From: Vicugna vicugna
Lineage: Eukaryota
Length of the DNA stretch: 64,000 nt
Assembly: GCA_013265495.1 (NCBI GenBank)
Contig: MU058636.1
Location: forward strand, 2,604,001-2,668,000
Direction: 5' to 3'
Each line of letters begins with the position of its first letter. Within the stretch, counting starts at the first letter, position 1. The notes beneath the pieces are model-generated. The model did no database searches. It worked only from the letters and a program-made list of their open reading frames with translations, and was not told where the DNA came from. Shown piece after piece: positions 10,984 to 21,545 of this stretch. Made by a program: the position numbers and the translations under genes.

Positions 10984-13861
10984 GCCTCTCCTGGCGCACG
11001 CGCTGCAGCGCACCTGTTTGCTTTCTCAATCTCCCCTGCTCTGACAGCTCCGTGCAGGCAGGAGCCACGTGCCTCCATGTGCCTGTCCCACAACTCAGTT
11101 TGCCCTGAATGAATGGGCACTGGGGAACGCCAGCCAGAATCTATCATGGCATACCCTTGAGCGTGCTGAAAATGATTATGTAAAAAAGAATCACTATCTA
11201 ATGGGCAGCCGATTTCCCGTCACCCCCGCAGGCGAGGTCCACGCAGAACACCCCGATCTCGGCTGGTGAGGACCGTGGCCTTCACTCTCACCTTCTGCTT
11301 CACCCGCCCATCGGCTCAGAGATAGAATCGGCCGTTCGTTTGAGGTCATGGCTCATTCTTTTCACTTCTGTGCGACCACTTTGGGCCTTAGCTCTTTAGT
11401 TTTCGTACACATGCAGCATTTGGATGACAGCAGTACATAAACAGCTCTTCAGAGCTGGGTGACTATATTGTTTTCCCCTGCTTCCTCCTTCATTAGTATT
11501 TTTCTCTTTCTCTAATTGGATTCTTTGAAAGTTCTGGCAAGAGGTTTGTTTTGAAAGCCAGGCGAGGCCAGGTAGGCTCATGAAGGTGCTGGTGTAGATT
11601 TGTGATGCATGTTTACTCTGAAGTCCAGGTTTCTCTAGAGCGTTATTGTACGGAGTTTTTATTTCAGTCTGGAAGTTGCGTTGCACTGATGTGTGCTTCT
11701 GCTGTTTCTTGGTGGGGCTGATCTGTCCAACACAAACCCAAACCCCACTTTTATTCCAGACACTGCTGAGAGGGCTGAGAGGGCCAGCAGCCCTCAGAGA
11801 TCATCTCCAGACCCTGCCGGCACTGATAAGGGCCCTATTTCTGAGCTGGCATTGTGGCCGTGAGACAGTTAGGACAGGTTGGCCCTCTTTCCACTTGACA
11901 TAATGTATTTTGTCAAAGTTGGAACACGTTGAAACTATGAAACAGCTCCTTGGATTGTTTGGATTCAGAGACACTTGAGGGAACTAAAAATAACTTCTCA
12001 GGGAGAGAAGTGCATCGGGCATTTCCCCTTTTGGAAGGAGCTCTATTCACTCTTGGGAAACAGTGTCCCTGGTTCCAGTGTCTGGGGGTCACAGTGTGAT
12101 CAAACTGTGGAGGTCAGTGTCCTGTGTCCTCCAAGGATCCTGCCCAGTCTTTGCGTCTCCCCAGCCCTAAGGGAGAAGGGCTCAGCACCAGTAAAGGGGG
12201 CAGGGGACACGACCACAGGGGATTGTGAGAGCTGTGGAGGGATGTCCTCCATCCAGAACTGTGAGAGCAGGAGACGGAATTGTAGCTACAGGGATGAGGG
12301 CAAAGCGAGGCTCAGGATGGGAGGTGGTCTGGGTTTTGAACTTAACATTGCTGAACGTCTCATTCGATGACTTATCCCCACTAGGAGATGAGTTTTGTGC
12401 ACTAATTGTCCCATGAAAGTTGAGAAGGGATAGATCCTGTGATTGCCACACAAAGTCTGTAAGAGAGCCGGGGTAGAAAGGCGTTTCCCCATCCTGGACG
12501 CGGCCTGGGTTGGCTTTAGTCTCATGGAAAGAATGTGAACTTAGAGCTAGCAGTGTGGGTGTGCATCCCAACCATGTCACTCACGGACATGATGGGGACC
12601 CGGGACTGGACAGCGGCAGGATGGAGAGGAAGGGCTGGATGTAATGGTAGAGCGCTGTAACACGTAGGCATGAAAGCAAGTATCTTTGTGTGTGAATGTA
12701 AATTAAATCTCAGTACCGCTGATTTAAAAAAAAGACCTATCTTTTCATATGTGAATTGTATCTCAATAAAAAGAGGAAAAAAGAACTGTCAACACCAACA
12801 AGAACAAAGATAAAAAAAAATCACTTCCCATGTTGGTAATGACTTTCTCTGAATGGTGGCATTTGAGGCAATTTTGGTGTTTTTTTTTCCTTACCGCTGT
12901 TTAAAACTTTGATGACAGCCGTGTACTACCTGTGCAGTTAGCACCTACAGAAAAGAAGAGCAGGCTGCCTTCATCTGTGTTTATCAAATAGGACCATCCT
13001 ACAGCTTTGATTCTTTCTCAGCCTCGATTTCTGCTCACATATAAAAATGAACAAGTGCTGAATGTATTCTGTGGTTAAATGGGAAATAAGAAAAAGAGGA
13101 AATCCTTCCTCTTTGATGCCTTTATTTTCTTAATCAAAAGATGACCCCACTTGGAATGGAAGTTTTAAATGATAAAAACAAAGACTGTGTTCCAACCGTG
13201 GTCCTAAACGTGGGCTCTTGGAGAGCATTTCTTCAGGCTCTTCTAAGTGTGTGGCAGACCCAGTTTTACCGAACAGTGGGAGCCCTGTGCGCTTCCCCTG
13301 GTTTATCAACATTTAGCATCACGGTTCCTCAGAAATCCGAGCATTCCAGGGATTGCTGCGAAACTATTTTTTCCTGGCAGTCGGTTTTTTCCACCTAGAA
13401 TGACATTAAGATTCAGAAAGAACTGGCTGTCATTTAGCTCTCTAGTTCCATTTTTCTGTCCTTGGGCCAGGGCCCAGATTTTGTGGAATAATATTCTGAT
13501 ACTCTTTTTCACAATTGGAGTCACAGAATGGAAATTTTTAGTTCACAATGGCAACATCTTCTGAGGGCTGATCCCCTGTGCACCAGACTGCAGGTGATCT
13601 TTCTGTTTAGAATACATTTCCCTGGTCTTCCCACTATGGTCACGGATGCAACAGAGAGGTTCAGCCTGTTGAACTGAAGGGTGGCTTTTTTCATAGCTGG
13701 TGGGATGTGACGGCGCGTGAAAGGAGGATGGAACGAGCTGTGGCCGGTGAAGGAGGAGGCGCTGTGCCCAGACGCGGGCTTTGCAGCCCCTTTGCTCCCG
13801 TGCGGTGTGGGTGCTGACGCTGTGAGAGAGAAGATACTCTCTACAGAACATATTGGGGTCA

Positions 13862-14862
13862 TGTATGAGCAGTTAATCTACAGCAAAGGAGCCAAGAACA
13901 TACTACAGTGGGGAGAGAACAGTCTCTTCAATGAGTGGTGTTGAGAAAACCAGAGAGCCACGTGCAAAAGAATGAAACTGGACCCTTACTCTATGCTATA
14001 CACAAAAATCAACTCAAAATAGATTAAAGACTTGAGCATAAAACCCGAAACCATGAAACCAGAAGAAAATATGGGGGTAGTCCCCTTGACGTTGGTCTTG
14101 GTAATGATTTTTTGGATTTGACACCAAAAGCAAAGGCAATCACAGAGATAAACAAGTGAGGCTACATCGAACTAAAAAGCTTCTCCACATCAAAGGGAAA
14201 CATCAGCAAAATGAAAAGACACCTCATGGAACGGGAGGAAATACTTGCAAATCACAGATGCAGTAAGGGGCTATTAACCAAAATGTATGAAGATCTCATA
14301 CAACTCAACAGGGAAAAAAAAGTCTGAATAAAAAATGGACAGAGGAACTGAATGGACAGTTTCCCAGAGAAGACATACAAATGGCCAACAGGCACATGAA
14401 AAAGATGCTCAGCATCACTAATCATCAGGGAAATGCAAATCAAAACCATGCTGAGCTATCACCTCACACCTGGCAGAATGACTGTTTTCAGAAAGACAAG
14501 AGATAGTAAGTGTGGTGAGAACGTGGAGAAAAGGGAGCCCTCGTGCACTGCCGGTGGGGATGTAGGTTGGTGCAGCCACCATGAAAAACAGTATGGAGGC
14601 TCCTCAAAAAATTAAAACTGGAACTGCTGTATGATCCAGCAACTGCACTTCCGGGTGTACGTCTGAAGGAAATAAAATCACTATCTCAGTATCGGTACTT
14701 TTCTGTTCATTTCAGCGTTATTTGCAGTATCCCAGCTATAGCAACAACCTCGGATAAAGAAAACTATAAATACATGTATAGTTTTATATATATATATCTT
14801 ATGTGGACTATTTAGACAAATATTGTATGGTCTCAGTCGTATGTGGAATCTTAAAAAAATGC
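13862..14862 (+). mobile_element. LINE-1 ORF2 3' fragment, degenerate
   Basis: ORF 14433..14615 ([29 protein letters not shown]) and ENSLFNEWC are L1 ORF2p motifs. Also contains cacaaaaatcaactcaaaatagattaaagactt. Confidence 0.93.
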
Positions 14863-15227
14863 TAAATGCATAAGCAACTTTGCTGGAAATAAGCCAAAAA
14901 TATGTAAATAGTATTTTGGAATAAGTAGAATGAAAATTAGTCAGTTATTTAAAAAGTGAAAATTAAGGTGTTATTGTTCTAAGTCTCAGAATCATTTTAA
15001 TTTTTTAAAATAAGAAAGGATCACCCAACTGTTCTGGAAACTGATTTTCTATGCCCTCCCCTCCACCCCCCAGAGACACAGTGACACCGGTCCGTGTTAA
15101 TAGACATACATCTACCACACAGTTTTTAACAGATGCATCATATTTACCAAATAGATGGAGCCAAATGCTGGTTGTAGACATTCAGGACATGTCTGGCTTC
15201 TTCCCATCTCTCTTTCTTTTCCCCTCT

Positions 15228-15410
15228 CGCATTTAATTGAGTGCTTCCCGTGTGCCTAGGCTTACGCTGGGCACCCTGCGTGTATTTCACATGAGCTGCA
15301 TACACATACGCATTCACCTACAGACAACCCGGATGAGAGAGGTTCTTTTATCACAGCCCATCTTAACAGACGGGAAAACTCAAGCACGAAGAGGTTAGCT
15401 CAAGCGCGTG
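15228..15410 (-). mobile_element. MIR fragment
   Basis: ttgagtgcttcccgtgtgcc..cccatcttaacagacgggaaaactcaagcac..gaggtta is an antisense MIR core. Confidence 0.65.
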
Positions 15411-17829
15411 ACCGCATTTAACATTTTTTCCTCCTTGTTTCTGTGTTGGGAGCAGTGCTCAGAAAGCTCCTCTCTGCGTCGCACACTTCTGTTTCCTCCA
15501 CCACTTTTGTTCTTTATATTGAAATCTCTAAGCAGAATTAATCTGGGGGCACAATTAGGCGAGACTCTAATTTTAATTTATAGTAAATGATTGGCTAGTG
15601 GTTCTTAGAAAGCATGTAGAGTGGCCCCCCCCCTCTGATCTGCCGTGTTTGCTACTGTGCTGCATTCTTACATCGGTCGATAGATACCTGTTGCCTGTGT
15701 TCCTCTTACTGAGTTAGTCCTCCTTGGGACAAGGAGCTTTGTATCCTTTTATTTTCCTGTTCTCTTCACTCCACTTCTTGGTCTTGGTGGTTTCAGATCT
15801 AGGTGCTCATTATATTTTCTTAAGGAAAACTGCCCTTTTTGCAAATCTCTACAACCATTATTTAGAGTCGTACCGGTTCTCATTAGTTTGGACGCTTAGC
15901 TCTAGACTTTTTGGGTCATGACATCCTTGCCCTTGTGCTCTTAAATTCTGACTCGTGCAGGTCCTGGGTCTCTGAGACAGAGGGCCGATGGGGGCAGAGG
16001 AATAGCCCTCTTCCCCCATCAGCCAGCATTTCGAGGTGGGATTCCCTCTACTGAGCATCACGCGCCCTGTAATCAGCAGCTGTTTCCCCAGCGTCCGGTT
16101 GAGATGTTAGGCTGTCTGCAGTTGCGACTGCCGGTGGGGCGGGGTCTCTCCTTCCTCTGAGCTTTCACAGATGAGGAGCTGCACTGGGGGCTACTAACCA
16201 GATGCCATTTCATACACTCATTTTAGTTTTTCCCCATCAAAACAGAGAGACTGAATTTATTTATGAATATATGCATAAAACCGCTCCTGATTTCATCAAG
16301 ATAAGCAGTTTCTTACATGAGGAGAATATATCTTCATTTAAAAATAAGTGAGGAAAGGTGTTAAACTTGGGACCCCAGACTCACGAGGACGAGCTGTGCG
16401 GAGATGGACGCTCGTGGGACGGGAAGGTGATCTTCTCACGGGGACGGCAGTTCCCGAGGAACCTCTGGGCTGCTCTCGGCATCGCTGTACTTCCTGGCAC
16501 TGCTCACAGCTGTGGTGGACAACGCAGATGTGGCTTTGCCGTGAGGCTGGCCTCTCTGCAGCCCTGTGTCCCATCAGACAGCAGACGAGAGATGGTGAAG
16601 GAGAGCAGGAATTAGCCCCAAACGCTGCAGCGGATCACGGAAGGGCTTCCTTTGGCAGGCAGCCGAGTCGCTGGTGCTTGGTGGTGTTCTGAACGAATTG
16701 CTCTCTGCACTGAAACACACAGCAAGGCCTGCGTCTGTGCTTCTCCCAAGTCTGCCATCGGGCTTTGGGGCCCCTGGTACAGCTTCTGAAGAGGCAGCGT
16801 CAGTGGACCCTGGATCAGGAGGGGAACCAGAAACGCCCTGGGGCTCCCCAACGACCCCTTCAGATGAACTCCATTCCAATTCTGAGCTAAATCGGTTGCT
16901 GGCATAAAATAAATTCATGTTTGGTTGTTGAGGACATGAAAGCATAGAGACCCGAGTTACACCTGTTAGCAAATCGGATTCGATTATTTTTTTCCTGGTC
17001 AGCAGTTTCTGTGACAGGCACCGGACTACCACCGTGAGGCCCCGTCTGCGAGGTGCTTACCGTGCAGTGTGGTGGGGCAGACACACGTGGAGGTGCTTTC
17101 CTCATGGTGCCCCGTGGCAGGAGGTAAGTTGGTTCCTAATGTACCTCCAACAGCATCCATGAGTCCTGTTAGCTTTCGGTCATCAGCTGTGATTCCAGGC
17201 ACAGACCCATCCTTTCCTCCTCTCATGCAGGAGGAACGGCCTCAAAGGGAACTCCCTCTACTTCACAGAAGACTAGAACCAGAAACAACACAGAGAAAAC
17301 AGCTGGAGGTACTTGGATCTCTTGGGGAATAATGTTATTGGAGAAAAGGCAGATCACAAGGGATAAAATCAGTGACTCTAAAAATCTTGAAATTTTAACA
17401 CAAAAAAAGTCCATTTTTTAAATATCATTTTCTGACTTAGTGACATTTTTATACCATTTTCTGACTTACCTCTGTATCAGCAGCACCTAGAATAATTTGT
17501 GTTAGAAATAGGCACTGGATAAAAATTTGTTGAATACAAGAAGGGTTTTAGGAAGGAGACTGGGGAATGGGTGGTGTGTTTGAGAGGACAGTCAACGACG
17601 CATCTTCACACTCAAGAAGTTGGAAGATATGACTAGAAACCATGTGGACAATCAACTGCAATTTCTTACTTTTTAAAGAAGTCTTATATGTAACATTTAA
17701 CATTTTACCTCTGGTATTTCTGTGATTTAATAGTTAATTTCTCTTTTGACAGTGTTGCTTAAATATTAAACATTAGCTAAATTAAAAACATTTCTCTCTG
17801 CTTCTCACATACCCTAATGATGCAGCCTG

Positions 17830-18060
17830 GTAAATGCCAGGATAGGAATAAACAGTAGGTACCCCAGGAGCACCAGGAAGGGGTGTCTCACTGTGAGGGA
17901 ATGGAAGGGGGCAAAGAGAAGCTTCCTGAAGATGGGCCTGGAAGGATGCACAGGAGTTATCCAGGCAGGCAGGGGACAGAGGGCATCCTACGTGGACAGT
18001 CCAGCTTAGAGATGCTGTCGGGGAGACACAGAGAGCTCGGCGTGACTGGAGCCTTGGGGG
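17830..18060 (-). mobile_element. L2 fragment
   Basis: gaagcttcctgaagatg..ggaaggatgcacaggagttatccaggcag..gggcatcc is typical of the antisense L2 3' region. Confidence 0.55.
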
Positions 18061-18505
18061 GAAGCTGTAGTTACAGAAGGAACACAGGAGCCCCATGGCA
18101 GGAGCTTTGTGTGCAGAACTAATTTTGGTTTTCCCAGCCTTAATCAGAGCTACAAATACATATTTAATCAGAATAGTGTACTTCATTTAGTTTCTTTCCT
18201 TTGAACCCTTTTGGTCACAGGTGCTTAACTCAACCAAAGCGGACAAGTGGTATTTAGCTAAATATGTAGTAAAGTACAAAATAGATGCAAAATACTGTTC
18301 TAGGTGCTGTGGGTGCTAGAAAAATACTAATGATACGAGTTAAATTTTATCATAGGCTTCCTGCTGTCTGAAATAGCTTACAATCTAAGTGGGGATCTCA
18401 CTAATTTTTTTAAGTTATGTACCCCTTTGGGAAACTGTATGTGTGTGTGGTGTGTGTGTAGGGTAGTATGTATTTCTCCTTATATTTGCACATACATGTA
18501 TCGAT

Positions 18506-18680
18506 CAGTGATTGTCAGACTTTAGAGGGCGTCGGAATCACGTGGAGGGCTTGTTAAAACAATCTGCGGGGACCCCACCCTGAGTGTTTCTGATTCAGTA
18601 TATTTGAGGTGGTGCCCAAGGAGTGTGTGTTTCTTGTAAGTTCCCAGGTGATGCTAAGTCTGCTGGTGCTGGACTCACTG
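18506..18680. mobile_element. MER5A hAT-Charlie DNA transposon fossil
   Basis: cagtgattgtcagacttt..gaatcacgtggagggcttgttaaaaca..tttctgattcagta..aagttcccaggtgatgct..gctgctggt. Confidence 0.85.
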
Positions 18681-20234
18681 ATACAAATGCAGCAAATTGA
18701 AAAAGTTCAAGTGAGTGAGAGGCAGAGTTAAGGCCTCATCAGAGGAGGAGAAGGTGAATCAGAGGTGGATGTACCTGTTTTTAAAGGAGAAGAGAAAAGT
18801 CAGGTTGTCCATTGTGAGCCAGGGGGGCTTGAAGAGATGGCGTATAAAAAGCAAGTGGAGAAGTTTTTGCGTAAAGAGCTGACCAGCTAGTTACATTGGT
18901 TGATGCAGAGAATTCCTGGTTATGCAATAAGAAAAACATTGACTGAGAGTATTAGATTGGGGAGGAAGGGTGGATGAGATGCCTAAAGAGGGCTTTAACA
19001 AAGCCAGGATGTTTGTCTCTTACATAACAGGCCAGGAAAGTCACTGTAGGAACCTCAGAACTGGTAAGATAGAGCTTAACAAGACATTCTCTTTGAAATT
19101 ATGTCCAAATAAAAATTTAAAAAAAACAACAAAAAGCCCAAAAAACAAAAAACAAGACATTCTCCAAGCCTGGAGTTGGATAAACGGGAGTTGGGAAAAC
19201 CCAGCAGCTGTTGCATTTTTCTCGGTGTAAGGTGATGAAGGCTCATGCCCAGCTTTTGTGTGTGGAAGTACTAGTATAAAAAATAAAATAGAAAAAAACA
19301 CAGATAAAATTATAGAGAACTTACAGTTTAATAAGGCAGACATCTGTCTTCCTTCCTTCCTTCCATTTTCTCCAAATACAGTTCTCCACTTATTCTCAGT
19401 GCTTAGTACATTGTTGCCTGAACACATAAATAACTTACAGGTTACCTCCCGAAAAACCATTTTCTGCCTTTCTTTTCTTATCCAAAAAATGGGGATTACA
19501 CAGCAAGTTTACCTCTGGGTATAACACAGATAAATAAAATAATTGGTATAAAGGACTTTCATCATCTAAAAGTCTGAATGTAATTATTTTTGCTAACGAC
19601 AGAGTAAAGAAATCAAGTTCTCCTGTGGATTTAAATTGGTTCAGAGGAAGGAAATTTGTGCAAATTTCCTTCATAGAAAGGAGTTAATGGGGTGCCTCAG
19701 GAGTTGGTGCCGTGCATTTGAAATAATTAGTTGGAGAAAAGTAGCTAGTGCATTGAAGTAGCTGGTGGCACACACTTATGTAGGCTAGTAAAACCCACTG
19801 AGAATTCTACAGAATATTCCAGAAGGATCTAATCAAACAGTATGACCAGAAAATAGGACAGCAGCTCCATTTTAATGAAGACAAACAACTTGCTCAGAAA
19901 AGGAGATAGTTTCTGTGTCCTCAGCATGTTGAACAACCAAGAGATGATAGAGGAGAAAGCCATGGGGGGTTGACTCAGGCACTGGGATGCTCAGGGGCCA
20001 TGTGCATTCATTGGTTCATTCTGCTGTTCACTGGATTATTCGTTCCTCGCACACTTCCTGACAGTCTGTGTGTCAGACAGGTGTGCTAAACACCAGGGGG
20101 AGTAAGGAACAAGGGTAAACCAAGGTACAGTCCCTGTCTGTAAACTAGCTCACAGTCTGGTGTCGGGGGTGGGGGGGATGGAAAAGTAAACAGGTGAGGC
20201 TGCAAAACCGTCAGATGAGTAATCGCATTCGTTG

Positions 20235-20720
20235 TTTTTTTGTTTGTTTGCTGCATAACAAATCACACAAATTTAGTGGCTTAGGACAACACAGTTCTCT
20301 CTCAGTTTGCCTGGGTTGGCAGTCTGGGCACAGCCCAACTGGGTCCTCTGTGCAGAGTCTCGGAAGGCTGCAGGCAAGGTCTCGGCTGGCTGCTTCCTCA
20401 TCTGGGGGCTCAACTGGAGAGGAATCCATTTCCACACTCCCTTAGCTTGTTGGCAGAGTGTATTCCCTGGGGCTATTTGACTGAGGGCCCTGGCGTTTTG
20501 CTTGCTGTTTTCTGGAGGTCACCTTCAGCTCCTAGGTGCCACCTGCGTGTCCTACAGGTCACCTGCATTTCCTTGCCACATGGGTTTGGAAATGACCACT
20601 TACTTCCCTTAAGTTAGCAAGGAGAATCTCTCATTCTAATCCAAGACAGAGATGCACATCACATAACCTAGGGGTGGTATGCTGTCACCTTTGCAACATC
20701 CTGCTGGTTGCAAGGAAGAT
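20235..20720 (-). mobile_element. MLT1-type MaLR LTR
   Basis: ttgctgcataacaaatcac..aaatttagtggcttaggacaacac..tctgggcacagc..ctcatctgggggctcaactggagagga..gttggcag is an antisense MLT1 pattern. Confidence 0.75.
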
Positions 20721-21339
20721 TCATTGGAGACCACTGAAGCATTGGGATGGGAGTTTCCTAAAAATATGATCCAGGTGCTTTCATTTTTCTTACTGGGAGC
20801 CTTAATGTGTGAAGGGAAAGTGTTTGATGGACTTTAGAGGCTGATCATTTGTGTGACCTTGGAAGAATTCCCCAACCTGCTGAATTTCAAATTTACATGC
20901 ACAAAATGTGAGTTGTACCAGATGAGGCCCATAGCGCCTTGTGCTTAAATAGTCCAGAGGTCTTTCCAAGTTGGCTGATGGGGACAAATGAGCAGTTCTG
21001 GTGGATGGTGACACTACGTAGTGCCAGCCAAACTGAAGCTACGTTGTCTGGTTCGACAGGACAGCAATTGCCATGTCAATGCCATTAACCTATTAACAGC
21101 CTGAAGTCAGAGTTAAAAAACTCGCATCTCCAGTTCTGCATGATAGAATCTAACTGATGAATTTTAACTAACTGCCCTTAAATACACAGTAATTTATTTC
21201 CCCCTAGAAACAAATTAGCCGATTCAACTCTCACCCCGTCCTGCCTGCCGGGCACGACTCCTCCTCTGCTACTGTCTCTCAGCCTTCCCACCTGAGCCTC
21301 TTCTCAGATGTTCCAACTGCAAATGCATTAAAAGGAGGT

Positions 21340-21545
21340 AAAATAGATAAACAGGTCCTACTGTACAGCACAGGGAACTATCTATATTCAATACCTTGTA
21401 AAAGCCTATAATGAAAAAGAATATGAAAAGGAATATATATATATATATATGTAAAGCCGAATCACTATTCTGTGTACACCAGAAATTAACACTTTGTAGA
21501 TTGACTATTCTTCAATAAAAATAAATAAATTTTTTTTAAAAAAGA
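21340..21545 (+). mobile_element. Short 5'-truncated L1 3'UTR tail
   Basis: ctactgtacagcacagggaacta..ttcaataccttgt..gaatcacta..gactattcttcaataaaa is homologous to the tail at 850-1010. Confidence 0.9.

Larger units (their letters stand above)
1600..18774 (-). pseudogene. Candidate decayed multi-exon gene or derived lncRNA, product unidentified
   Basis: A series of minus-strand blocks bounded by AG acceptors and mostly GT donors: 18774-18679, 16563-16385, 15848-15688, 13696-13547, 13394-13197, 11722-11292, 8910-, 5916-5701, 4770-4651, 3206-3126, 2421-2292, 1942-. Their frames look protein-like but carry scattered stops. No homology recognised; this is inference only. Confidence 0.35.

Noticed and set aside
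16574..17032. 152-aa minus-strand ORF as a standalone gene
   Set aside because: It has a non-ATG start and no homology I can recognise. It is better treated as part of the exon-like series, with an acceptor at 16899.
17470..17486. 17-nt minus-strand microexon (tattctag..GAG gtaagt)
   Set aside because: It lies in what appears to be an L2 3'-end remnant and the pyrimidine tract is poor.
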